Assembly (NCBI GenBank): GCA_045598645.1
Contig: JAZLMK010000082.1
Coordinates: 18,159 to 82,158, forward strand
From: Fibrobacter sp.
GTDB lineage: Bacteria > Fibrobacterota > Fibrobacteria > Fibrobacterales > Fibrobacteraceae
Direction of reading: 5' to 3'
Length of the DNA stretch: 64,000 nt
The notes under the pieces were generated by a model. It did not search any database, had not been told where the DNA came from, and was given only the letters and a program-made list of their open reading frames with translations. Every line of letters begins with the position of its first letter. Position 1 is the stretch's first letter. Of the stretch, positions 48,999 through 58,491 are shown in pieces. The translations under genes were made by a program, and so were the position numbers.

Positions 48999-50002
48999 TT
49001 TAGCATCCTCGGTTCTTCGACTTTCAATGGAGCTGGTGCTGTACGTTCCTTTTCGCGTTGCTTTCGGCGTTTTTCAAAATCGCCCAACTGCCACGGTTCG
49101 CCATTCACCACCCTTTCAAAATCGATAACGTATTGAATATTTTCCTGGGACTTGAGAGCGGCGGTCTTGACCAGGGGTTCCTTGTCACCACCAAAGTAAC
49201 GTCCCGATGCGCGTTTAATATCATCCACGATGTGGTCAATTTTATCGTTCACCACGCTCTTGAACACCCGCATTTGCATAATGGAATTGAGTACCGAATT
49301 GCCAGGGAAAACGATAGCCGTTAGTTTATACTTAAGTTGATTCCTGGAAATTTCGTCCATATCGAGATAGGCAATGGCAGAACCGTGCAGCGACCAGCGA
49401 AGCACCTGGGCATGGCCATACCCGAAAAACAAATTGCGAAGCCCCAACTTGTAGCCGGCGCTGTCCTGCAATGCCCAGTAGAATTCACCCGAAAGGCTAC
49501 GGCCATTGCTGCCATTGAAGAACTTATGGTTGCGGCTCATATACTCCAGCGAATAGTTGGAGCCCAGGTAGGCGTTGATGAGTTGAGCAGTGAACGGCAT
49601 ATTGTCAAACAAGTAACTGATGACGGACGCTCCTAGCGGGAGCGTTCCCTCGTTCACGTAAATGGCACGGTACTGGCGACCCAGTCGAGCGTATATTTCC
49701 GTAGCCATGGGGAGTTTGAGGTCGGCCGGATAACCACGCTTGGTAATTTCGTAATATGGCGCGCAGAAGTCCCCATCGTACTTGGTCTTGGGCCACAGTT
49801 TTAAATCGTCCTCGGTGCAAAAGTCGAACCGCTTGCCCAAGCACTTGTTCACGCCAGAGCAAAGACTACGCACGTCGTCGTCCTTGCCGCCCAGTTGGTT
49901 CAGCACAGCGCTCCTGGAAACAGCGAATGCGGAACAGGCAAAGACGAGCGCAAACAGCACCGTCAACTTGCAAGTCATGTTCATGCCTGTCGTACGCATC
50001 AT
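48995..50002 (-). CDS. Exported hypothetical protein
   Basis: Signal peptide, Cys-rich N-terminus, operonic overlap with the trmH-like gene. Confidence 0.65.
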   Translation of the reverse strand: MMRTTGMNMTCKLTVLFALVFACSAFAVSRSAVLNQLGGKDDDVRSLCSGVNKCLGKRFDFCTEDDLKLWPKTKYDGDFCAPYYEITKRGYPADLKLPMATEIYARLGRQYRAIYVNEGTLPLGASVISYLFDNMPFTAQLINAYLGSNYSLEYMSRNHKFFNGSNGRSLSGEFYWALQDSAGYKLGLRNLFFGYGHAQVLRWSLHGSAIAYLDMDEISRNQLKYKLTAIVFPGNSVLNSIMQMRVFKSVVNDKIDHIVDDIKRASGRYFGGDKEPLVKTAALKSQENIQYVIDFERVVNGEPWQLGDFEKRRKQREKERTAPAPLKVEEPRMLK

Positions 50003-50005
50003 CGA

Positions 50006-51553
50006 TTACCGGAATTCCAGGCTGTCCAGAGGAACAACCGTAAAAGGTTTCAGGGCATCCAACTTGGCGATAGGCGCCACAATGGAAATAGTCATTTTGC
50101 TCTTGTCGAAGTATTTGGCCACCATGGCCTTCACCTGTTCGGCGGTCACGGCGTTCACTTCGTTCACGAAATCAACATAGTGCGTTTGCGCCTTTCCCAA
50201 AAGTTCATCCCTCGCAAAAATGGACGCGGTGGATTGCGGGGAATCGAACAGACTCGGAAGGCTTTCGACAATGGCCTTCTTGGCCTGGTCCAGTTCTTCG
50301 GCCGTCGGGCCATCCTTCGCCAGTTTATCGATTTCCTCGAAAATCAATTTCAAGGCAAAATCCACCGACTCCACCTTGGTCTGCAAAGCGATTGTCGTCA
50401 TAGCGGTATCGCGGTAATCGTTTCCCGCCGCACTGTAAATACTGTATGCGAGGCCCTCATCACTGCGCACGCGATTCATGAGCCTGCTCGTAAAACTGCC
50501 ACCGCCTAAAATGAAACTCGCCACCGCGGTCGGATAGTAGTCCGGATGCGGTCTGCGAACAAAAGGCTGGCTCATGGAAATGTTCGCCTGCGAAATGTCC
50601 TTGTCCACCACATAGGTTCCAGGCTTACGCACAAAGGAAAGAGGCTCCGGCTTCGGCTTTTCACCCTTTGCAGGCGCCACTTTCCAATCGGCAAAGAACT
50701 CCTTAAGAAGCGTCACTGCGGAATCCTTCTGGACATCGCCCGAAAGCGCAAACACGACTCGCTTGGAGGAATAGACTCCAGCAGCAAGCCGCTTGACATC
50801 GTCCACCGAGACCTTTTTGTATTCCTCGGCATTGGCATCCCAAAGGCGCACGCTCGGAGCGTAGTTCACTTTCGCCTTAAGGGCCGAAAGCACCTTGGCC
50901 GGAGTGTCGTAGCGACGCTCGTAGGCCGTCACATAATTCGCCTTCAGGATTTCAAGTTGCTCCTTGTCGAAGGCAGGAGCCGTAAGAACCTTTTTCGAAA
51001 GTCCAAGAACAGAGACAAAATCCTTGGAAAGGCAGTCAATATCGAAGTACGAAAGGAACGTCCCAGCACTTGTAGAAATTCCAGCACTGACGAACTCCAG
51101 GGAATCGTCGAGTACCGCAGGCGCAATTCCGCCGCCCGCACCGCGACGCAGCATGGAGCCCACCATTTCGGAAGCAGCCTCGTCCTTAATCGTAGCGGGC
51201 AAATTGGACTCCTCGAAATAGACAGTCAAGTTCACCAAAGGCAGACGGCGGTCGCTCACAATGTAACCCGCGATTCCATCGGCAATCTGCACACGGTAAT
51301 CGGAAGGGAACGGAGCCACGTACTTGTACTCGGGGAACTTGATATCCTTGTAACTTGCGGGTGTGTTCGAAGGCTCGGATACCGGGCCCGCGGATTCCGG
51401 AATCGTCTGGGGTTCAGACACGGCAGCCGCAGCCGGGGCTTTTGAAGATTCCACCAAGGCAACATCCGTCTGGGGTTCCGGATTCGAAGAACATGCAACA
51501 AGCGAAAGAACGCCTGCGCAAACAACAGCAAGGGAGTCGTAAACTTTACGCAT
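50006..51553 (-). CDS. M16-family peptidase-like lipoprotein (no HxxEH motif)
   Basis: Lipobox LVAC; ILGGGSFTSRLMNRVRSDEGLAYS motif. Confidence 0.85.
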   Translation of the reverse strand: MRKVYDSLAVVCAGVLSLVACSSNPEPQTDVALVESSKAPAAAAVSEPQTIPESAGPVSEPSNTPASYKDIKFPEYKYVAPFPSDYRVQIADGIAGYIVSDRRLPLVNLTVYFEESNLPATIKDEAASEMVGSMLRRGAGGGIAPAVLDDSLEFVSAGISTSAGTFLSYFDIDCLSKDFVSVLGLSKKVLTAPAFDKEQLEILKANYVTAYERRYDTPAKVLSALKAKVNYAPSVRLWDANAEEYKKVSVDDVKRLAAGVYSSKRVVFALSGDVQKDSAVTLLKEFFADWKVAPAKGEKPKPEPLSFVRKPGTYVVDKDISQANISMSQPFVRRPHPDYYPTAVASFILGGGSFTSRLMNRVRSDEGLAYSIYSAAGNDYRDTAMTTIALQTKVESVDFALKLIFEEIDKLAKDGPTAEELDQAKKAIVESLPSLFDSPQSTASIFARDELLGKAQTHYVDFVNEVNAVTAEQVKAMVAKYFDKSKMTISIVAPIAKLDALKPFTVVPLDSLEFR

Positions 51554-51626
51554 TTGGCATAAATATAAATATTTGACGCACGGAATGGAGGGCGTTCCAA
51601 ATTGGAGTAAGGTTTTTAAAAAAGAT

Positions 51627-51656
51627 TTGTTACAAAGAAGTGTTTTGACGTATATT
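51627..51656 (+). promoter_or_regulatory. Promoter TTGTTA-N18-TATATT with no downstream ORF
   Basis: The -10 is identical to that of many genes in this window; predicted +1 at about 51664. Confidence 0.55.
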
Positions 51657-51663
51657 AATCATT

Positions 51664-51752
51664 GAGCCCTTCCGGTGGATTTCTCCGCGGCCTCGCCTGG
51701 CGAGCCGATCGTCTCCAAGAGAGACACACCCACCCGAAAGGCTCTTTTTTTT
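51664..51752 (+). ncRNA. Candidate ~81-nt structured small RNA (three-way junction) with a U8 tail
   Basis: The 5' and 3' ends pair (13 of 15 bp), enclosing two internal hairpins; promoter upstream, T8 downstream. Confidence 0.55.
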
Positions 51753-51760
51753 ACTCTTAC

Positions 51761-51790
51761 AAAAGCGGGCCCAACGGCCCGCTTTTTTTT
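51761..51790. terminator. Bidirectional intrinsic terminator
   Basis: AAAAGCGGGCC-caac-GGCCCGCTTTTTTTT. Confidence 0.85.
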
Positions 51791-51823
51791 GTGGATTGTC
51801 TTTCCGCTGACCGCCCGCTGGAC

Positions 51824-51920
51824 TGTCATTCCGGCTTGCCGGAATCCATACGTCTCCGTATCGCGGTTTTGGGAACATTTATACAGATTGTCATTCCGCC
51901 GGAGGCGGAATCCATACGTC
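51824..51920 (+). repeat. Two REP-like palindromes TGTCATTCCG-loop-CGGAATCCATACGTC
   Basis: Copies at 51824-51854 and 51889-51920. Confidence 0.85.
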
Positions 51921-51937
51921 ATGTTTCGCCACTCGAG

Positions 51938-52556
51938 GATGTATGGGCCCTGCTCGTGCTGCGCTCTCCCAGGGTGACGCGGTTTGCGGGATGTATGGGC
52001 CCTGCTCGTGCTGCGCACCTCCCAGGGTGACGCAGTTTGCGGGATGTATGGGCCCTGCTCGTGCTGCGCTCTCCCAGGGTGACGCGGTTTACGGGATGTA
52101 TGGGCCCTGCTCGTGCTGCGCTCTCCCAGGGTGACGCGGTTTGCGGGATGTATGGGCCCTGCTCGTGCTGCGCTCTCCCAGGGTGACGCGGTTTACGGGA
52201 TGTATGGGCCCTGCTCGTGCTGCGCTCTCCCAGGGTGACGCGGTTTACGGGATGTATGGGCCCTGCTCGTGCTGCGCACCTCCCAGGGTGACGCGATTTG
52301 CGGGATGTATGGGCCCTGCTCGTGCTGCGCACCTCCCAGGGTGACGCGGTTTGCGGGATGTATGGGCCCTGCTCGTGCTGCGCTCTCCCAGGGTGACGCA
52401 GTTTGCGGGATGTATGGGCCCTGCTCGTGCTGCGCTCTCCCAGGGTGACGCGTCTTTCGTGATGTATGGGCCCTGCTCGTGCTGCGCACCTCCCAGGGTG
52501 ACGCGGTTTACGGGATGTATGGGCCCTGCTCGTGCTGCGCACCTCCCAGGGTGACG
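51938..52556 (-). repeat. Tandem array of 12 REP-like 52/53-bp palindromic units
   Basis: Units start at 51938, 51990, 52043, 52095, 52147, 52199, 52251, 52304, 52357, 52409, 52461 and 52514. Each is GATGTATGGGCCCTGCTCGTGCTGCGC[T/AC]CTCCCAGGGTGACG plus a 10-nt linker. Confidence 0.95.
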
Positions 52557-52559
52557 TAA

Positions 52560-53588
52560 TTAACTGAATCGGCCGGAGAGTTGCTTGCGGCGGCGTCCTC
52601 GTTCCGAAACCATCGCTTCGACAAGGAAGAGCAATGCGGAAAGCCCAAGGAAAATCTGGTAGCGGTCCTGGTAGTTTTCCATGCGGTCGCTCGCCTGCTC
52701 CTTCTTTTCGAGGGCGGCAATTTCCGCAAGCACTTTCTGCAATTGGAATTCGCCCGGACTCGCGTAGAAATAAAGGGCGCCCGTCGCACTGGCAATTTCC
52801 TGCAACGTTCCCTCCTCGAGACGAGTCGTCACGATATTCCCTTGCATGTCCTTTTTGTAGGCCACGTCCCCATTACGGCTCTTGACCGGTATGGGCACTC
52901 CTTCCCTGGACCCGATACCGATGGTGTAGATTTTGATTCCAAGGTCTGCAGCCTCCTTGGCGGCGTTCACGGCAGCAGCCTCAAGTTCCTCGCCATCGCT
53001 CATCAAAATCATCACAGAATACTGGCCGGCGCCACCGGAATTTTTATACAAACTCATTCCCTTGCGAATGGCGTTTTCCAGATTCGTGCCCGGCATGAGC
53101 CACCCGGGATTCAGTTCCCTAAGCATCATCTGCACAGTACCGTAATCGAGCGTAAGCGGGACCATCACCTGTGCCTCGCCGCTAAAGGCGACAAGCCCAA
53201 CACGGTCGCCCGAAAGACCTTCCAGGAACGATGAAATTTCATGACGGCTGCGAACCAGACGATTGGGCTTCACGTCTTCGGCCAGCATGGAAAGCGAGAT
53301 ATCCTGCAAAAGCACGATATCGAGGCCCCGACGTTCAATATGTTCCATTTTACGGCCCCACTGCGGACGGGCCAAGGCGACAAACAAGAAGGCGATGGCC
53401 AAAAGCAGCAGCATGACCTTGGCCAGGCGACGCCAAGGGGATACGCTCGTCGAAAGTTTTGGGAGCATGGTGAGCGAGACAAACCTGGACGCCAATTTTT
53501 TTCGACGACGGTAGGCATAGTAGAACAGCAGCGCAAACAGCGGAAGGGAAAAAAGACACCACAAAAAGTTAGGTTCAGCGAAACGCAT
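52560..53588 (-). CDS. batB: VWA-domain protein, BatB-like
   Basis: ALARPQWG, DISLSM, DRVGLVAFSG..PLTLD and SDGE motifs. Confidence 0.8.
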   Translation of the reverse strand: MRFAEPNFLWCLFSLPLFALLFYYAYRRRKKLASRFVSLTMLPKLSTSVSPWRRLAKVMLLLLAIAFLFVALARPQWGRKMEHIERRGLDIVLLQDISLSMLAEDVKPNRLVRSRHEISSFLEGLSGDRVGLVAFSGEAQVMVPLTLDYGTVQMMLRELNPGWLMPGTNLENAIRKGMSLYKNSGGAGQYSVMILMSDGEELEAAAVNAAKEAADLGIKIYTIGIGSREGVPIPVKSRNGDVAYKKDMQGNIVTTRLEEGTLQEIASATGALYFYASPGEFQLQKVLAEIAALEKKEQASDRMENYQDRYQIFLGLSALLFLVEAMVSERGRRRKQLSGRFS

Positions 53589-53747
53589 TCTAGACTCCAA
53601 TTATTACAACCTGTAATATACAAAAAACCATTTTTTGCGCCAAAAAAAGCGAAAAATTATCCCCAGCAAAAAGAAAAAAAACATTCTTGTCAAACATCAC
53701 AGAATTTTTTACAAAAATATTATATTCTTGCTACAAAGAGGTGAGAG

Positions 53748-54947
53748 ATGATTACAAACATGGCTGCTATCCAAGTAAATATCATGTGCATTGTCGTGCT
53801 GGTGCTCATCCTCGCGACACTCCACCATGGCAACCAGGCAAAAATGCAAACCAAGGCATTCAAGATGGTCCTGGGCTGGTTCATCGTATTTTCCGCACTC
53901 GATATTGTCGCGCACTGCATTCCGCCCTCCGCCACCGACGCAGCGCTCATCCTTATATTCGGAAAAATATTCACCTGTTCCTTTGTCGGCTTCTGTTGGT
54001 TCCTGTACATCTATTTCGTCACGGAGTACAATTCCTATAAATTGCGCAAATGGGCCCCGCTCGTCATCACCCCGATTGTCGCCATCATCGTCTACGCCCT
54101 CGTCAACACCATAACGCAGTTCGGCACGGGCGAAGTCCTCATGAACAACGGGCTTTGGATATCCTTCAACGTAATCTCGGTCGGCTACATCGTGACCGCC
54201 AGTTGCATAGCCCTCAAGCGGGCAAGGAAATGCAGGAACAAGTTCGTTCGCAGGACGTACAACTACCTAGCCTTCATCATGTTCATCCCGGTAACCGCAC
54301 TCGGTATACAAAGCATGTTCCTGGACATCGTCATCAGCGCTCCCGTGATGGTTTTCGTGATGCTGTTCCTCTACATCAAGTCACTGCAAGGGCTAATCAC
54401 AACGGACCCCATCAGCGGACTCAACAACAAGTACCAGTTGGCCAAGCACCTGGATTCCATCACGCAAAAGAACGGCAGCAACAAGCGGGTCTTCCTCATC
54501 CAGTTGGAAATTAACAACTACTGCGACATTGTCAAGGAATTCAGTAAAAGTACCGGCGAACAACTGGTGGAGAACGTAGGCGACTTCTTTAGGGAAATCA
54601 GCAGGGGGCAGGACATATTCCTTTCCAGGATAGAAAAGGGAATCTTCGCACTGGTCGCCGAAAAAAAAGAGTTCGCCGAAGTCGAAGTCCTTTGCAAGGA
54701 CATCGTCAGCAGCTGCAAGACAAGCAAAATCCAGGGACTGGTTCCCTGGAAGATATCGTTCAGCATATACTGGTCGGAATACGGAACGGAATCCGTGAAA
54801 TCCATAGACGACATGTTTGTCGACCTGAAAAATCACTGCATTTGCCCGCCGGCAGCGCCTATAGACAAGCAACGCGAAAGCGGCCCCAGGCGCCCTCCCC
54901 TACGGGATTCGCACGAAGCGCGTGTTGGCAAGCACCAACTCGAGTAA
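53748..54947 (+). CDS. Membrane protein with a degenerate GGDEF domain
   Basis: About 6 TM segments; TDPISGLNN; SRIEKGIF replaces RxGGDEF. Confidence 0.75.
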   Translation: MITNMAAIQVNIMCIVVLVLILATLHHGNQAKMQTKAFKMVLGWFIVFSALDIVAHCIPPSATDAALILIFGKIFTCSFVGFCWFLYIYFVTEYNSYKLRKWAPLVITPIVAIIVYALVNTITQFGTGEVLMNNGLWISFNVISVGYIVTASCIALKRARKCRNKFVRRTYNYLAFIMFIPVTALGIQSMFLDIVISAPVMVFVMLFLYIKSLQGLITTDPISGLNNKYQLAKHLDSITQKNGSNKRVFLIQLEINNYCDIVKEFSKSTGEQLVENVGDFFREISRGQDIFLSRIEKGIFALVAEKKEFAEVEVLCKDIVSSCKTSKIQGLVPWKISFSIYWSEYGTESVKSIDDMFVDLKNHCICPPAAPIDKQRESGPRRPPLRDSHEARVGKHQLE

Positions 54948-56003
54948 AATAAGCAAAGCGCCCAGCAAAAGCCACGGGTAGAACTTTTCTGCGTAGCGTG
55001 CGTAGGCCACAGTCTCTATTTCGGTCTTTTCCAGCTGGTCGATTTCGGCATAGATGTTCTCGAGTTGTTCCTTGTTCTCGGCGCGATAGAACTTGCCGCC
55101 GGTCTTTTGGGCCACAGCCTTCAAAGTAGATTCGTCGATTCCCTCTTCGGGAGTGATGTCGCGTTCTCCCCAGGAGATATCGCCAGTCCACGGGTTCTGC
55201 TGGAACGAAAGGATCTTGCCGCTACGTTTTCCGACGCCAACGGTATACACCTTGACGCCCAGGGACTGAGCCACCTCGGCGGCGCGGACCGGCGAAATGA
55301 CACTTGCGTTATCCTTGCCATCGGTCAGGAGCACGACCACACGGGACTTCGCGTTGGACTTTTCAAGGCGGGCAAGAGCGTTCATGAGACCGTCGCCGAT
55401 AGCGGTGCGGTTCGCAAAGATGGAATCCTTGGCAAGTTCATCGGAGGCTCCAAGGATTTCGAGCAAGGAACCGTAATCCAACGTGAGCGGGCACTGCGTA
55501 ATTGCGCGGGAACCGAAGGCCGAAAGGCCGATACGGTCGCTATGCCGTTTACCGATAAAATCGGCAATCACCAGTTGCGCATAGCCCATGCGGCTGTACT
55601 TCCAGTAGTCGCCAGACTTCAAAATGCGTTCGGCGTTCATCACACCCAGTTTGGCCTGTTCCGCGCGCGTGAGCATGTCCAGCGTTCCCATGGAACCCGA
55701 AACGTCAAGGGCCAGCATGATATCGACGCCATCGGTATTGGTGTACTCCACCTCCATGGCGTTCTGGGGGCGGGCAAGCGCCACTATAAAGCAACAAAGA
55801 GCTGCCAGGCGAAGCGCAGGCACTATATGGCGGAAACGCACGCGACGGCTCGGCACCGCCTTTTTGGCAATGGCGAGGGCAGGGAATTTAATCGTGCTTT
55901 TACGACGTTTTTGACGATAAACATAAAGGGCGACAAGGACTGGCACAAAAACCAGCAGCCAGAAGGCTTCGGGATTCTGAAAATGATAAGCTCCTATATC
56001 CAT
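54900..56003 (-). CDS. batA: VWA-domain protein, BatA-like
   Basis: ALARPQ, DVSGSM, TAIGDG, LLTDG and TGGKFYRA motifs. Confidence 0.85.
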   Translation of the reverse strand: MDIGAYHFQNPEAFWLLVFVPVLVALYVYRQKRRKSTIKFPALAIAKKAVPSRRVRFRHIVPALRLAALCCFIVALARPQNAMEVEYTNTDGVDIMLALDVSGSMGTLDMLTRAEQAKLGVMNAERILKSGDYWKYSRMGYAQLVIADFIGKRHSDRIGLSAFGSRAITQCPLTLDYGSLLEILGASDELAKDSIFANRTAIGDGLMNALARLEKSNAKSRVVVLLTDGKDNASVISPVRAAEVAQSLGVKVYTVGVGKRSGKILSFQQNPWTGDISWGERDITPEEGIDESTLKAVAQKTGGKFYRAENKEQLENIYAEIDQLEKTEIETVAYARYAEKFYPWLLLGALLILLELVLANTRFVRIP

Positions 56004-56017
56004 GCCCGAGAATATAC

Positions 56018-56044
56018 AAAAAGCCGGAGCCCGAAAGCTCCGGC
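56018..56044 (-). terminator. Terminator after the GH8 gene
   Basis: A5-GCCGGAGC-ccgaaa-GCTCCGGC. Confidence 0.8.
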
Positions 56045-56066
56045 ATAATCGAAAAAAACAAAGGTT

Positions 56067-58316
56067 TTACTTTACGTTGACCGGACGGATATCGCTACCG
56101 ACCTTCACAAGGTACATACCCTTGTTGGGGACAGCGATCATCTGGTTGGCGCTGGTCACCTTACCCTGAGCGATGACCTTGCCCTGTACGCTGAGGACTG
56201 CGTAACTAGAGCCCACCTTGGCATCGAGGATGGAGAGGACCGTGCCATGGACAGCCACCTTGACCATGCTGAGAGCGTCAGCGGCGAGGAGGCCGACGGA
56301 GGCAGAAGAGCCCGGGATGATTGCATTGGAAGAACCCGGGACAACGGATGCGGAAGAAGTCGGATTCACGGAAGCAGAAGAAGTCACCTTGATTTCTTCA
56401 ATCTTTGTGCCGGTAAGAGCGAACGGATCCACGACTTCGTTACCCTTGAGGAATTCAATGGACTTGAGGGAGATGGAGGCGTCGCCACCCTTCGTCATCT
56501 TGGCTTCGAACTTCACACCCTTTGCAGTCTTCATCACATCGTTAGCAGTGGAAGGATCGTTAACCCAAGTCGGGACTTCGAGATCGCCAACCGTAGAAGT
56601 ACCGCCACCAGCAAGTTTCAGGGTAATGGTCTTGTAATCGCCCGTAGGTTCAATCACGTAGCCCGGTTCACCACCAGCTTCGCTAGTCGACGTATTGAGA
56701 AGGGCAAAACGAATGGTACCAGTCGTCTTGATATTGAAACGAATCGCAGTAACGCCAAGGCTCAACAAATCAACACCGGTTTCCTTCTGATTAAAGGACA
56801 TGGCAATACCGGCACTCGGATACTTACCGGCTGTGGCTTCGGCAGAACCATATTCCGGTTCCGGAGCGATTTCGATAACAGCCTCGGCAGTAATCACGCC
56901 ATTGTTGAGGAACAAGGGAGAAGAGCCCGAATCCGGAGCCATCTTGGTAACGTTGCTATTCGGCAATGCCGGTAATTTATCGTGGTAAGCACCCCATTTC
57001 CAGAATCCGGAGAGGCCAACCGTAGAATCGTCCAAAGCCATCTGAGTACCAGCAATACCGAAATCAGTCGCCAACAAGGACTTGTCCGGAGTGAAGGACT
57101 TAAACTTGTCAATTTCGGCAAAGTTCGGCATGTTACCGGACATCAAGAGCATGTAAAGAATGTTGAGGGTTGCCGGGTAGTATTTTTCACCCACGACACC
57201 ATCATTACCACAGGTAGAGGCTTCTTCACAGGCTTCGAGACGAGCAAGAGTCTTGTACACAGTCTTCATGTAAGCCTTGTCTGCTTCACCCGTAAAGGTG
57301 GAGGCGGCAAGACCCAGGCCACCAGAGAACGTAGAAGAAACGTACTTACGGTCGGCAATGTTGGGATCACTACCGTCGGCCTTGTAGCCGGACATGATGG
57401 CACCCGCATCGCCAAAGGTGGCGGAGTACAGCCAATTGACAACCTTCTGGTTGAATGTCTTGGCGTCATTATTGGCAAACCAGTAATAAGACCAAGCGGT
57501 GCGCCACGGGGTACGGGCTGCATCGTCAAAGAAGGCGGCCATGGTCTTGCCATCGCCCACTGCAGCGGCGGAGTTGATTACAGGCTGGAATCCACCCCAA
57601 CTGCACCAGTCGGTCACAAGACCGGATGAACTGTTCTGGCACTTGAGGAGTTCGCTTGCAGATGTGGAAATAACATTTGCCCAGGGACCACTGCCATCCA
57701 CGGACTTGAACACTTCGAAGTTCGCGAGAGTGGTGTAGCTCGGGTTGAATGCATCATCCCACTGGTTACCCGGCTTGATTTCCTTGCCATTCTTGATATC
57801 GCCAGTAGCAAGCCAAGAGATAAGGCTCTTGGCATCATTCAAATACTGCTGGTCGCCCCACTGGTAGTAGGCCATCACGAGAGCAAGAGCGGCGTCGAAG
57901 TCGGCATCGGAAGCGGAACCTCCCTGCTCACCATCACCAACACGCCAGTTCATGCCGCAGACACTGGAACAACCACTGACCATGTTACCTTTCCAGGTAG
58001 CGTAAAGTTTGTCAAAATCGTTCTTGGTGTTATTGGTGTTGTTGTCCATGTACACCATGATGAGCATACCGTAGGCAATACCTTCAGAAACGGTGGAACC
58101 CTTTCCTTCGGGGGAGTAGACCCAGCCACGGCTGGAATCGTAGAAACCCTTTTTCCACTTTTCGAAGTGCTTCTGGATGACGTCCGTATCGGCAAACGGA
58201 ACGGTGTAGCCGTTGGGGTTCGCCTTATTCTGAGGGAACGGGTACTTGCCGGCAGCATTGGCGGAAACCGCCAAAAGGGACGCTGCGCACAGTGCGGTTG
58301 TCAGTATTTTTTTCAT
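56067..58316 (-). CDS. Glycoside hydrolase family 8 with CBM-like domain, Ser-rich linker and Fibrobacter C-terminal domain
   Basis: Signal peptide; TVSEGIAYGML, ASDAD, NPSY and DAARTPWR motifs. Confidence 0.9.
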   Translation of the reverse strand: MKKILTTALCAASLLAVSANAAGKYPFPQNKANPNGYTVPFADTDVIQKHFEKWKKGFYDSSRGWVYSPEGKGSTVSEGIAYGMLIMVYMDNNTNNTKNDFDKLYATWKGNMVSGCSSVCGMNWRVGDGEQGGSASDADFDAALALVMAYYQWGDQQYLNDAKSLISWLATGDIKNGKEIKPGNQWDDAFNPSYTTLANFEVFKSVDGSGPWANVISTSASELLKCQNSSSGLVTDWCSWGGFQPVINSAAAVGDGKTMAAFFDDAARTPWRTAWSYYWFANNDAKTFNQKVVNWLYSATFGDAGAIMSGYKADGSDPNIADRKYVSSTFSGGLGLAASTFTGEADKAYMKTVYKTLARLEACEEASTCGNDGVVGEKYYPATLNILYMLLMSGNMPNFAEIDKFKSFTPDKSLLATDFGIAGTQMALDDSTVGLSGFWKWGAYHDKLPALPNSNVTKMAPDSGSSPLFLNNGVITAEAVIEIAPEPEYGSAEATAGKYPSAGIAMSFNQKETGVDLLSLGVTAIRFNIKTTGTIRFALLNTSTSEAGGEPGYVIEPTGDYKTITLKLAGGGTSTVGDLEVPTWVNDPSTANDVMKTAKGVKFEAKMTKGGDASISLKSIEFLKGNEVVDPFALTGTKIEEIKVTSSASVNPTSSASVVPGSSNAIIPGSSASVGLLAADALSMVKVAVHGTVLSILDAKVGSSYAVLSVQGKVIAQGKVTSANQMIAVPNKGMYLVKVGSDIRPVNVK

Positions 58317-58475
58317 TAAATCCTCTTGTTTTTAACGATTATCCCATCCTCGTTAAAATATAGATTGAACGCCCACCAACTTCTACCCCTCTTGTGTAAT
58401 ATTATGCTTGCAAAAAAACAAAAAAAGCCCGTTTTTCGGTCAAATTCCGTAAAAAAACATAAACAAGCCAATCCG

Positions 58476-58491
58476 TGTGAGCCACCTCACA
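58476..58491. promoter_or_regulatory. CRP-consensus palindrome TGTGA-N6-TCACA upstream of the GH8 gene
   Basis: gTGTGAgccaccTCACAc is an exact match to the core consensus. Confidence 0.5.

Noticed and set aside
50006-51553. M16 peptidase pseudogene, because HxxEH is missing
   Set aside because: The ORF is intact; non-catalytic partner subunits are normal in M16B heterodimers.
51664-51744. tRNA, SRP RNA, 5S or 6S identity for the structured RNA
   Set aside because: No T-loop or CCA cloverleaf, no SRP helix-8 motif, no 5S consensus, and too short for 6S.
51938-52556. CRISPR array
   Set aside because: The linkers are only 10 nt and nearly identical, so there are no unique spacers; there are no cas genes in the window.
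51630-52795. ORFs across the repeat array (MRSTSRAHTSRK..., MGPARAA...)
   Set aside because: They are translations of the non-triplet 52/53-bp repeat; no start signals or protein motifs.
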